Part shown: positions 20,694 to 29,695 of the stretch, piece by piece
Layout: every line of letters begins with the position of its first letter
How positions within the stretch are numbered: the first letter of the stretch is position 1
From: Gammaproteobacteria bacterium
GTDB taxonomy: Bacteria > Pseudomonadota > Gammaproteobacteria > Thiohalomonadales > Thiohalomonadaceae
DNA: 64,000 nucleotides
Assembly (NCBI GenBank): GCA_041685045.1
Contig: JAWLGP010000004.1
Coordinates: 114,065-178,064, forward strand
Reading direction: 5' to 3'
Position numbers and translations under genes: made by a program
The notes under the pieces: generated by a model
Databases searched by the model: none
What the model saw: only the letters and a program-made list of their open reading frames with translations
Told to the model about the DNA's origin: nothing

Positions 20694-21645
20694 GACCGAC
20701 GCGGCCAACGCAAATCTGCCGCTGGTGTCGGTGATCATCCCGGTCGGCAGCCGTCATGAGCCCGATCAGGGACCGTTGAATCTCGCTTACCGACAGGCGT
20801 TGCACCAACGCGGGGTGACGCCCGAGTTCGTTTACGTGATCGACGGCAACCGCGACGAAGTCGCCCGTTCGCTGGAGAATTTGAGCGACGGGCACAACGA
20901 CGTGCGCATCGTCCGATTGGCGAAATCGTTCGGCGAGGCAACCGCCTTGACGGTCGGATTCGAGCACGCCCGGGGCGAGTGGATCATGACCTTGCCCGCC
21001 CACCGCCAAGTCGAGCCCGGTGAGGTCGCGCGCCTGATCGATGCCCTGGCCGAGGCGGACCTCGCTATCGGTCGGCGCCTGCCTGGTGCCGGCGCGGCCG
21101 CCAACCGGGTGCAATCCTCATTGTTCCACTGGCTGGCGAAGCGCATCACCGGCGAGCAGTTCAACGACCTGGCTTGTGAGGCCCGGGCATTTCGGCGGGC
21201 GGTCATGGAAGAGATCCCGATTTATGGCGGTCAACATCGGTTTCTCCCCATCCTGGCACGGCGGCGCGGCTTTCACGTCACCGAGGTCGAACTCTCCCAG
21301 CCCAAGGGCGTACCCGCCGGCGGGTTTCAGTTTGGCAGACCCGCCAGCCACCTGATCGACTTGCTCACTGTGTTCTTCCTGGTACGGTTCACGAAGAAAC
21401 CGCTGCGGTTTTTCGGCCTGATCGGGTTGGCGGTCTTCGCCCTGGGTGGCGTGTTGTTGGCCTGGCTGGTCGGCGAACGTCTCCTGTTCGACGTTCAACT
21501 TGCGGACCGACCTGCGCTCCTTCTGACCTCACTGCTGGTGGTGCTGGGTATTCAGACCTTTGCGCTCGGTCTGATTGGCGAGTTGATCATCTTTCTGCAT
21601 GCCAGACACCTCAAAGAGTACACCGTGGAAGAAGTCGTGAATTGA
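20686..21645 (+). CDS. Second GT2-family glycosyltransferase with C-terminal TM helices
   Basis: The ATG at 20686 overlaps the upstream stop (ATGCATGA). Contains VSVIIPVGSR, YVIDGNRD and a C-terminal hydrophobic pair. Confidence 0.75.
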   Translation: MHETDAANANLPLVSVIIPVGSRHEPDQGPLNLAYRQALHQRGVTPEFVYVIDGNRDEVARSLENLSDGHNDVRIVRLAKSFGEATALTVGFEHARGEWIMTLPAHRQVEPGEVARLIDALAEADLAIGRRLPGAGAAANRVQSSLFHWLAKRITGEQFNDLACEARAFRRAVMEEIPIYGGQHRFLPILARRRGFHVTEVELSQPKGVPAGGFQFGRPASHLIDLLTVFFLVRFTKKPLRFFGLIGLAVFALGGVLLAWLVGERLLFDVQLADRPALLLTSLLVVLGIQTFALGLIGELIIFLHARHLKEYTVEEVVN

Positions 21646-21877
21646 TCGCTGTCGCACCGCCGCCTTAGCTCCCCTCCTCCCTAACGATGAACGAGTGGCT
21701 TCCGATGGGCGGCGGAAAAGAGGTAAGCTGCCCATTGGCTCACTGCTTCACCTGCACTCGACCTGACTCTGGCTTGCCCGGGCTTTGAAGCAGAATGTGG
21801 TGAGCGTGTGAACCGCATTTCGCGGCGGTTCTGCTTCTCGCAAGGTTCGGAACCGATCCGGCTTTCCAAGAAGGGCA

Positions 21878-23443
21878 ATGATGATCAGGAACTGGCTTTG
21901 GGGGCTGACCCTGACGGTGTTCGCACAGCCCGGCTTCGCGGTGGTGGGCGGTACGTCCGATGGCGAATGGTACAGCACGTTGATACCGACAGCCGTCGAC
22001 GCGGCTGAACGGCACTGCGAAGACCATTTGCGTGAGGTGCACGCCGGGGCGGCGGATGGTGTCGCGGCACTGGCCCGGGAGTATGAACACTATCAAACCC
22101 TGGTGGAACAGGCGCTCGCGTACCGGTCACGTACCATCGAACTGGGGCTGCGGATGAAGTCCGAGCCGGTCCTCTCCGGCAACGATCTCAAGACCCTGAA
22201 CGAGGGGATGCTTGCGCATCTGGAATTGCGTAAGGCTTTGATGGAAGTCGCCGAAAGCCATGAATGCTGGCTGGATTCGGAGGAACTCCCCGCCACCCTC
22301 CCCCCGCGCCAGCGCCTGGAAGGGATAATGCTGTCGCTGTCAGCGGCGCTCGTTCTCTACGATAACTACCTGTTGGCCGTCAGCCTCTTCGAGGAGGATG
22401 CAAGGCTGCGGCGGGTGCTGAACGATAGCGACTCCGGCTACGGGATCGGTCGCGAGATCCTGACCGGCATTGCACTCTCCTACAACTCGATTCGAAACCG
22501 GGCACGCGTACGTGCGGCCATCGCATTCTACGAACAGCAAAAACGCAAGCTCGGCCCCAGCGCCAAGGCGGAGCCGCGCATGCGCTATCTGGCGGCCTTG
22601 ATCGACCAAAGCCCCTCCTATGCCATGACCAAAGCGGTCTCGCCCGCCTATGTGATGGGGCGCAAGCTGCGCTTCATGGAGCGACTGACCCAGGACCAGC
22701 TCACCGAAATCGCCAACGGCGGTGTCAGCCTGTTCAGCATGCTTTTCGGCAATGCCGTCGGCCTGGTGGAGACCCGCAAGGGCAAACTGTACGGGCGCGA
22801 TGAAGTCGTAACCCGGGTAGCCGGCCGACTGCGGGCCGGTGACATCCTGCTGGAGAAGACGCCGTTTCGCCTTACCGATGCACTGATTCCAGGTCACTGG
22901 GGCCACGCCGCCGTCTGGATCGGCAGTGAAGCGGACCTGCGTGAGCTCGGGCTGTGGGATCACCCGCTGGTTCTACCTCACCGCGAGACGATCCGCGCCG
23001 GCGCCGGTGTGGTGGAGGCGCTGCGCTCCGGCGTCGAGCTGAACCCGCTTGGCCATTTCCTCAACGTGGACGATCTGGCTGTCTTGCGGGCACGCGACCT
23101 GGGCGGGCCCGAGCGTGCCGCCGTTGTCCTCAACGCCTTGCGCCAGCTCGGAAAAGACTACGACTTCAACTTCGACGTGGAGACAACAGACCGTATCGTC
23201 TGCTCCGAACTGGTCTATGTGACCCACACGCACATCCAATGGCCGACAACCAAGACGCTCGGGCGCGCCACCATCAGTCCTGATCAGGTGGCTGCCAAGG
23301 CCCTGCCGGGGGGCCCGCTGGAGCTGCTCCTGCTCTTCGAAGACGGCAAACCTGTCGACAAACGCCCCCAGGCACGCCTTTCAACGCTGCTTGGGAGCCA
23401 GTCCGACACCTTTGTCTCCCTCCGTGCCGGGGATATGCGCTAG
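21878..23443 (+). CDS. Secreted protein with C-terminal YiiX/YaeF-like permuted NlpC/P60 (C92) domain
   Basis: Signal peptide. The C-terminal region has GHWGHAAVWIG ... DRIVCSELVY, a His-before-Cys permuted papain-like order. Confidence 0.72.
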   Translation: MMIRNWLWGLTLTVFAQPGFAVVGGTSDGEWYSTLIPTAVDAAERHCEDHLREVHAGAADGVAALAREYEHYQTLVEQALAYRSRTIELGLRMKSEPVLSGNDLKTLNEGMLAHLELRKALMEVAESHECWLDSEELPATLPPRQRLEGIMLSLSAALVLYDNYLLAVSLFEEDARLRRVLNDSDSGYGIGREILTGIALSYNSIRNRARVRAAIAFYEQQKRKLGPSAKAEPRMRYLAALIDQSPSYAMTKAVSPAYVMGRKLRFMERLTQDQLTEIANGGVSLFSMLFGNAVGLVETRKGKLYGRDEVVTRVAGRLRAGDILLEKTPFRLTDALIPGHWGHAAVWIGSEADLRELGLWDHPLVLPHRETIRAGAGVVEALRSGVELNPLGHFLNVDDLAVLRARDLGGPERAAVVLNALRQLGKDYDFNFDVETTDRIVCSELVYVTHTHIQWPTTKTLGRATISPDQVAAKALPGGPLELLLLFEDGKPVDKRPQARLSTLLGSQSDTFVSLRAGDMR

Positions 23444-23577
23444 CCAAGCGGGTTCGTCACAGCAAACTGGCCACCGAACGATTCACGCGCCGCGCCTTCG
23501 GCGCTATCATCCGCCCTCATCCAATCCTTACCTGTCAATCGGACCGGCCGGGCGCAGCCCGCCGTTATGGAGTCGAC

Positions 23578-23892
23578 ATGAGTTTTCGCAACGCAGAGAT
23601 CAAAAAGAAGGCCAACGTCTACTTCGACGGCCGTGTCACCAGCCGCGGCATTACCACCGCAGAGGGTGAGAGCAAGACGCTCGGCCTGATGCTGCCGGGT
23701 AGCTACACCTTCAGCACCGGGGCACCCGAGGTAATGGAACTGACCCAGGGCGCATGCCGGGTCAAGCTGGATGGCGAGCAGGAGTGGCAGAGCTACCAGG
23801 CCGGCGAGCGCTTCGAAGTGCCCGGCAACAGCCGTTTCGAAATCGAAGTGACCGAGTTGATGGACTACGTCTGTCACTTCATCGCCGACTGA
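23578..23892 (+). CDS. ppnP: Pyrimidine/purine nucleoside phosphorylase PpnP (YaiE/UPF0345)
   Basis: 104 aa. ...ANVYFDGRVTSR...LPGSYTFSTGAPEVMEL..G...V. is a small cupin pattern. Confidence 0.88.
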   Translation: MSFRNAEIKKKANVYFDGRVTSRGITTAEGESKTLGLMLPGSYTFSTGAPEVMELTQGACRVKLDGEQEWQSYQAGERFEVPGNSRFEIEVTELMDYVCHFIAD

Positions 23893-23912
23893 AGCCATTT
23901 TCCATTTTGGAA

Positions 23913-23934
23913 CCCGTCATGGTGACGGGGTTTT
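23913..23934 (+). terminator. Rho-independent terminator after ppnP
   Basis: CCCGTCA-TGG-TGACGGG stem-loop followed by GTTTTG. Confidence 0.6.
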
Positions 23935-23998
23935 GGGGGCACGCCCCCCGGCATCCGACCGCACACGTTAGTCAACGCTTTTTACGGAGCTGTATCGC

Positions 23999-24712
23999 AT
24001 GGGCCGAGCCTATCAAAACCGCAAAGTTTCCATGGCCAAAACGGCCGCGACCAAGACCAAGGTCTATAGCAAATACGGCCGCGAGATCTACGTCGCTGCC
24101 AAGTCGGGCGGCACCGATCCCAATGGCAACCTTTCCTTGCGGGGGTTGATAGAGCGCGCCAAGAAGGACCAAGTTCCCAGCCATGTTATCGAAAAGGCAC
24201 TGGAGAAGGCCAAGGGCGGCGGTGGCGAAGACTACGCCCCGGCGCGCTACGAAGGTTTCGGCCCAGGTGGCTGCATGGTGATTGTCGACTGCCTCACCGA
24301 CAATCCCAACCGCACCATCGGTGACGTCCGCACCTGCTTCAACAAGACCAAGTGCAAGCTGGGCACCCCGGGCACGGTCAGCCACATGTTCGACCACGCC
24401 GCCATTCTCGCCTTCAGCGGCGATGAGGAGGCCGCCCTCGAGGCGCTGCTCGCCGAGGACGTCGACGTCACCGATATTGAAAGCGAAAACGGCAGGCTCA
24501 CCGTCTTCGTGCCGAATACCGAATACAACAAGGCCAAGCAGGCCCTCATCAACGCCTTCGGTGAGATCGAGTTCGAAGTGGACGAGATCCAGTTCGTCCC
24601 CAAAGGCTCAACGCCAATCAGCGGGGACGACGTGGCCACGATGGAAAAGCTGCTGGACATGCTGAACGACGTGGATGACGTGCAGAACGTCTATCACGAC
24701 GCGGAGTATTGA
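23999..24712 (+). CDS. YebC/PmpR-family DNA-binding regulator (YeeN-like subtype)
   Basis: 237 aa. [31 protein letters not shown]... [19 protein letters not shown]. Confidence 0.92.
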   Translation: MGRAYQNRKVSMAKTAATKTKVYSKYGREIYVAAKSGGTDPNGNLSLRGLIERAKKDQVPSHVIEKALEKAKGGGGEDYAPARYEGFGPGGCMVIVDCLTDNPNRTIGDVRTCFNKTKCKLGTPGTVSHMFDHAAILAFSGDEEAALEALLAEDVDVTDIESENGRLTVFVPNTEYNKAKQALINAFGEIEFEVDEIQFVPKGSTPISGDDVATMEKLLDMLNDVDDVQNVYHDAEY

Positions 24713-24735
24713 GGCGAATCCTGCCCGATGCAAAG

Positions 24736-24757
24736 GCCCCCGGATCCGGGGGCTTTT
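24736..24757 (+). terminator. Rho-independent terminator after the YebC-family gene
   Basis: Perfect hairpin GCCCCCGGATCCGGGGGC followed by TTTT. Confidence 0.75.
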
Positions 24758-24992
24758 GGTTTGTAGCTTCGGATACCCGGCGACGCCACTCAGTGCCGCC
24801 GTTCACCCTCTTTTACCGCCTCCTCGAGGTCACGGTCCGACAGCACCCGGCTGTCCGGATCCGCGGCATCGCCGTCGCCGGGCGTAAACCGCAGCCATGG
24901 CACATCACACAGAGGCGGTAGGCTCGGCGGCCACAATCGGGGCTGACGCTCTTCGCGATGCAAGTCCGTTTCCATGGAGCCGCTTCGGGCCC

Positions 24993-26174
24993 TCAGGCAT
25001 ATTGTCCGGCGCACCAGCCCGACGACCAGGCCCACTGCAGGTTGTACCCGCCCAGCCAGCCGGTGACGTCGATCACCTCCCCGACGAAGAAGAGGCCTGG
25101 CACCGCTCGACACTCCATCGTCTTCGATGAAATGGCGTCACAGTCCACCCCGCCTCGTGTCACCTCCGCGGTACGGTAGCCCTCGGTTCCGTTGGGACGA
25201 ATCGGCCACTGGTGCATCCATTCCGCCACCTGAGCGATTTCCTTTGCACCGAGCCGGTTCAAGGGTTGTTCGGCAAGCCCGCGGGGCAGCAGTGCGCTGA
25301 CCAGTCGCGCGGGCAAATGGCGCGAGAGCGCGGTTCTCAGGAGCTGCTTGGGATGTTGCCGTTGCCACTCCGGCAGGAGCTGCGACAGCGCTCTTTCCGG
25401 AAGCCAGTCGACAAGCAGCGTCTCCCCGGCTCGCCACCAGGTGGAGATCTGGAGGATGACCGGACCACTCAGGCCGCGGTGGGTGAACAGCAGGTTTTCG
25501 CGAAAGCGTTGACGGGCATTGCTTACCACGCATTCCACCGCGATACCGGCCAGCGGCGCAAACCGCGCCAGGTCCTCCGGTTGCAGCGTCAAAGGAACCA
25601 GTGCCGGGGCGGGCGGCCACACCTTGATACCGAACTGCTCCGCCATCCGGTAGCCGAAAGGGCCCGCGCCCGAGGAGGGGATTGAAAGTCCGCCGGTGGC
25701 GATCACCAGCGACTGGCACAGGTAACGATCGTCACCCACCAACAGCCGGAATTCCCCACTATCCGTACGCTCGACCGAGTCGACGGTGCGTTTGAAACGC
25801 AGCTGAACCCCGGCGTCCTCGCACTCGCGGAGCAACATGTCGAGGATGTCCCGACTGCTGTCGTCGCAAAACAGCTGTCCATGGCTGCGTTCGTGCCAGG
25901 CGATCCGGTAACGGTTCACCAGTTCGAGAAAATCCCATTGGGTATAGCGACTCAGGGCGGACTTGCCAAAGTGCGGGTTGTGGCTGGCGTAGTGCTCGGC
26001 ACCGATGTCGTAGTTGGTGAAGTTGCAGCGGCCACCACCGGCCATGAGGACCTTCGCCCCCGGCTTGCGCGCCTGCTCCAACACCACTACCCGACGCCCT
26101 CGCCGCCCAGCCGCGGCCGCGCACATCAGGCCTGAGGCCCCCGCCCCTATAACGATAACATCGGCTTTCAGCAT
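24993..26174 (-). CDS. HI0933/YhiN-like (BaiN family) FAD-dependent oxidoreductase
   Basis: VIVIGAGASGLMCA dinucleotide fold, and C-terminal GEVIDVTGWLGGYNLQWAWSSG. The start could be 26174 or 26192. Confidence 0.85.
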   Translation of the reverse strand: MLKADVIVIGAGASGLMCAAAAGRRGRRVVVLEQARKPGAKVLMAGGGRCNFTNYDIGAEHYASHNPHFGKSALSRYTQWDFLELVNRYRIAWHERSHGQLFCDDSSRDILDMLLRECEDAGVQLRFKRTVDSVERTDSGEFRLLVGDDRYLCQSLVIATGGLSIPSSGAGPFGYRMAEQFGIKVWPPAPALVPLTLQPEDLARFAPLAGIAVECVVSNARQRFRENLLFTHRGLSGPVILQISTWWRAGETLLVDWLPERALSQLLPEWQRQHPKQLLRTALSRHLPARLVSALLPRGLAEQPLNRLGAKEIAQVAEWMHQWPIRPNGTEGYRTAEVTRGGVDCDAISSKTMECRAVPGLFFVGEVIDVTGWLGGYNLQWAWSSGWCAGQYA

Positions 26175-26236
26175 GGCGGGATTGTATAGCAACGGCCGCT
26201 GTTATGGCCGACAGCTAACCCCTTAACCCTTGACCC

Positions 26237-26965
26237 TCAAACCGCTTCAGCAGCCAGACGTGACAGGTAGGAGCGAACCGTGAGCTGGGCCATCGCCTCG
26301 TTGGCTTCTGACGTCAGTGACAACAACACGCTATATCCACCATCACTCAGCTCACCTTCGACCAGCATCAGCTTGCCGCCCTCGTGGCGCATCACCACCA
26401 TTCCGAACGGCTCCCCCGGCTCCCCCAATACCTGGTGGGCCGACGCCAGCATGGTCGCGAGCAGTTGCATCACCTCGCCCGCCTGATTCAACGGCTCACC
26501 GCGGCTGACCTCGATCTGCCCATAGAAGGCCGCTGCGCCAGCAAAGCCCTTCATGCCTGACAGGCGTTCCAGTAGTCCATCCAAAGCGCTTTGCTGCAGT
26601 CCATCCAGAGCGCTTTGCTCATGCTGCCCGGTGAACGGCTCACCAGCGGACGCCTGTTCGGCTTCGGGTTGCGCGGGTGCCGGTTCCGCCTTCAGCGGCG
26701 CGGGAGCCGGCTCCGCCGCGAGCAGCGCCTCGACGCGTGCGCGGGCGCTTTCGGTATCAACGTGTTCTGCCGCCCGAACGAAATCGATGATGTCCCCGCC
26801 AGCGCCACAGCCGTAGCAATGCCACTGGCCGATGTTTGGGCGTACCACCATCCGTTCTACCGCATGACAAACGGGACAGTGGCCGAGATAGTAATCGCCG
26901 GTGCGCACCAGGTAGGCATACTGGTCGATAATCGTCACCAGCTGTTCCGGAGTTACGAGGCTCAT
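26237..26965 (-). CDS. CHC2 (primase-type) zinc finger fused through a Pro/Ala-rich linker to a Roadblock/LC7-like domain
   Basis: The N-terminus reads GHCPVCHAVERMVVRPNIGQWHCYGCGAGGDIIDFV (compare DnaG CPFH...HCFGCGAHGNAIDF). The C-terminus reads GMKGFAGAAAFYGQIEV...GKLMLVEGELSDGGYSVLLSLTSEAN, a Roadblock-like pattern. Its start overlaps the GNAT stop (ATGA). Confidence 0.72.
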   Translation of the reverse strand: MSLVTPEQLVTIIDQYAYLVRTGDYYLGHCPVCHAVERMVVRPNIGQWHCYGCGAGGDIIDFVRAAEHVDTESARARVEALLAAEPAPAPLKAEPAPAQPEAEQASAGEPFTGQHEQSALDGLQQSALDGLLERLSGMKGFAGAAAFYGQIEVSRGEPLNQAGEVMQLLATMLASAHQVLGEPGEPFGMVVMRHEGGKLMLVEGELSDGGYSVLLSLTSEANEAMAQLTVRSYLSRLAAEAV

Positions 26966-27339
26966 CCGACAACTTCAGCCTCGCGGGACACACGACGCAC
27001 CATGTAAACCACCGTCAGGCCGCGGTCCAGCGCCTCGAATCCCAGTCGCTTGTAGAATATCACGAGTCTCTGTAATCGCTCTTCGCTACTCTGCCCGCCG
27101 ATGATGCGGGCGGAGACGTGCACATCTTTCTTGTAATGGTCGGCGAGTATCAGAACTCTTCGCACCAAAAGCGTGCCGATGCCGCGGCCGCGATGTGCCG
27201 CCGGCACCATCAACTGGTCGATGGAAAAGCCCCGTTGGTCCTCGGAATAACGCAGCTGCGCCTGATCTCCATCCAAGTGCAGCTGCATCCCCCCGGTCAG
27301 GTTCATGGCCGGGTCGCCAAACGTGTCAGGAGAGCTCAC
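26962..27339 (-). CDS. Minimal GNAT-family N-acetyltransferase
   Basis: 125 aa with acetyl-CoA motif A (HRGRGIGTLLV) and ...FYKRLGFE. Its start overlaps the upstream Roadblock gene by 14 nt. Confidence 0.72.
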   Translation of the reverse strand: MSSPDTFGDPAMNLTGGMQLHLDGDQAQLRYSEDQRGFSIDQLMVPAAHRGRGIGTLLVRRVLILADHYKKDVHVSARIIGGQSSEERLQRLVIFYKRLGFEALDRGLTVVYMVRRVSREAEVVG

Positions 27340-27694
27340 TCACCACTTTCGGCGCCATCTTCCCCAGGGTCATCCGCGCCAGGGCGTGGTTGCCGTCCTT
27401 GTCGATGATGGCAATGAGGTGCACGTGAGCCGCGGCGTTCACACCCGAGCAGAGCATGACGATGATGCCTTCCGGGGTCATGATCTGGGTTTCGTTGTTG
27501 GAACCCATGCCGACCTTCCCGGCCGCTTCGTGCCCACTACGGAAAATGTCGTTGAAGGTCGCGCCGACAACGTCCAGATCGATGTTCTTGTCCACGGAGA
27601 AGGAAGCGAGCATCTCTCCGGTATGGGTCATGATGCCGGCGGCGCGGAAGCCCTTGACCGACTTGATATCTTCCAGCAGTGTGTCAATTGCCAT
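27326..27694 (-). CDS. Roadblock/LC7 (MglB-like) domain protein
   Basis: Start trimmed to ATG 27694. MAIDTLLEDIKSVKGFRAAGIMTHTGEMLAS...IIVMLCSG...HLIAIIDKDGNHALARMTL is a typical Robl/LC7 pattern. Confidence 0.78.
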   Translation of the reverse strand: MAIDTLLEDIKSVKGFRAAGIMTHTGEMLASFSVDKNIDLDVVGATFNDIFRSGHEAAGKVGMGSNNETQIMTPEGIIVMLCSGVNAAAHVHLIAIIDKDGNHALARMTLGKMAPKVVSELS

Positions 27695-27915
27695 TTCTAT
27701 TTCCCCCCAAATGTCAGTGGTTGTGGTTATTCTGGGCAACTCGAGGCCCGGCCCGATAGAGTCGCAGGATGCCCGATGCGAGTCAATCTTCCTGCCGGGG
27801 CATGGACATCGGCAGGCAGGGCTTCGCGTCGGCTTGCGATGCCCTGCCACGACAGCGGTTTTCCCATTGAAGGTTGTGGCGATTGCCTTGACGTCTTGCC
27901 ACGCGTTTCACACAG

Positions 27916-28194
27916 TTGTTTTCAAATGCGGCGTTCGCGACCGGAGGTGATCACGGTCCCCAGATCAAGGATGACGAGCAGTATGAAGCGCTGCGGCGCA
28001 AGGGCATGAGCAAGGGAAAAGCGGCGCGCATCGCCAACACCAACCGTCAGGCGGCGGGCCAACGTGGTGGTAGATCGCCGAAATACGAGGACTGGTCGAA
28101 GTCCGACCTTTATGACAAGGCAAAGCAGGTCGGAATCGGCGGCCGGTCGAAGATGAACAAGAGCGAGCTGATAGATGCCCTGCGCAACCACTGA
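27916..28194 (+). CDS. Small basic protein with C-terminal Rho-N/SAP-like domain
   Basis: ...GPQIKDDEQYEALRRKGMSKGKAARIAN...SKSDLYDKAKQVGIGGRSKMNKSELIDALRNH. The only canonical in-frame start is TTG 27916, so the true start is uncertain. Confidence 0.68.
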   Translation: MFSNAAFATGGDHGPQIKDDEQYEALRRKGMSKGKAARIANTNRQAAGQRGGRSPKYEDWSKSDLYDKAKQVGIGGRSKMNKSELIDALRNH

Positions 28195-28349
28195 GTTGGG
28201 ACAGCTGTCAACTGCAACTGCCTGCGCAGGAATAAGCACTCCGCAACCAGGTGGAGGGATCTTGCGGCCCCTCCCCTCTTTGCATTCCGGAACAGAGACT
28301 TCAGAATAAGGGCAACTGCATCCCTGTTGTAACCACCGGTCCTTTCAGC

Positions 28350-29525
28350 ATGACCATACCGACCGAGTCGCTCCCCGCGCGTGCCGCTCGCAATTTTTTC
28401 GTTCACAGCGGCCATGTACCGCTCGTACTGCTGATCTTGGAGGCACTGCTCGACGACGCAGGATACTTCGCTCACGCCGACCCCTATGTCCTGCTTGGCG
28501 CGGGCATTCTGCAGGCCTATGTCATGGAATGGTGGCCAGCCCGCTTTCGGGGCATGCGCTTTCTAGCCAACTTTGTCGGACCGATTTCCTACTCCTTTGT
28601 TGAAGCTTGGCTCGAAGGTATCGAATTTTTCCAACAGTGGCATCATCAGGTTTATTGGGGATTCGCCCTCGGCTTTGCACTACTGCACTGGGCTCGCTCA
28701 AGACGGCCGTTACCGGCCCTTGTGCTGACGGAGAGTGTCCTGCGCTCATCGATCCCTCTGGTCATGTACGCGGTTTTCGAGGCCCGAACAGGTGACGCGG
28801 CGTTTTCACTCAGGCTCTTTTTCGCCGATCCGGCCCACGATTTCCTTGCCATCGTGCTGCTTCTACTCGGGATCTTGCTGGGTATTGCCGATCTCAACCT
28901 TCAGCGCTCAATCGCCACGATCAAGTCGTTGACCGAACGCCTGCACCAGTATTCGGAGTGGTCACTTGGGCGGGGTATCCTCGATCGCGCGATCGCCGAC
29001 GAGAGCACGCTCTCGCTGCACCGCCTCACCCGCGCGGTTCTGTTCATGGACATACGGGGCTTTACCGCCTGGAGCGAACAGCAAACTCCAGAAGCGGTCG
29101 TTGGGATGCTGAACGACTATTATCTTGCCGCCGAGGCTGCTTTGGAGGAACTCCGGCCGATCAAGCTGAAGTACACTGCCGACGAAGTAATGGCGATATT
29201 TTCGAATGTCACCCAGGCGGTAGAGGCGGGATCGCGCATGCTGGCATCCACGCGCCCGCTGCTGGCGCATCTGAATCTGTCCGCAGGAGCCGGGCTGCAC
29301 TTCGGTCCGGTCATCGAGGGCGTGCTCGGAGGTGAGGGGGCAAAAGCGTACGACTTCATCGGCGACACCGTGAATACCGCGAAGCGTCTGTGCGATGCCG
29401 CCGGCGCTGACGAACTGCTGGTTTCATCCGATGCGTGCGTCGCGGCGGGAATATCACCCCTTCAACATCGCAACATATCGGCCAAAGGTAAACGTAAACC
29501 GGTGCAAGCGGCGGTCGTGGTCTGA
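28350..29525 (+). CDS. Membrane-anchored class III adenylate/guanylate cyclase
   Basis: ATG 28350. About 6 N-terminal TM helices, then a cyclase core: VLFMDIRGFT, KYTADEVMAIF, GLHFGPVIEGVLG, DFIGDTVNTAKRL. Confidence 0.85.
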   Translation: MTIPTESLPARAARNFFVHSGHVPLVLLILEALLDDAGYFAHADPYVLLGAGILQAYVMEWWPARFRGMRFLANFVGPISYSFVEAWLEGIEFFQQWHHQVYWGFALGFALLHWARSRRPLPALVLTESVLRSSIPLVMYAVFEARTGDAAFSLRLFFADPAHDFLAIVLLLLGILLGIADLNLQRSIATIKSLTERLHQYSEWSLGRGILDRAIADESTLSLHRLTRAVLFMDIRGFTAWSEQQTPEAVVGMLNDYYLAAEAALEELRPIKLKYTADEVMAIFSNVTQAVEAGSRMLASTRPLLAHLNLSAGAGLHFGPVIEGVLGGEGAKAYDFIGDTVNTAKRLCDAAGADELLVSSDACVAAGISPLQHRNISAKGKRKPVQAAVVV

Positions 29526-29695
29526 ACGGCCCGTCGGCTGTTCCGAGCCCCGCTAGTGTGAATCAATACCGCGATGGTCGTGATGCAGGCCGAAGCATCC
29601 GGCGCAGTGCGCCGCTAACCTGAACGCCTCTGCAGCGGCACGCGCCAGAGCTGGCGCGATGCCTTTCTATATTTTCTCGTCCAGCAGGCAAACCG

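Noticed and set aside
24790-24975. 61-codon minus-strand ORF (METDLHREERQPRLW...) just downstream of the flavoprotein gene
   Set aside because: It has moderately coding-like third-position GC, but no RBS, no recognisable motif, and it overlaps the region of the convergent terminator. The evidence is insufficient to call a gene.
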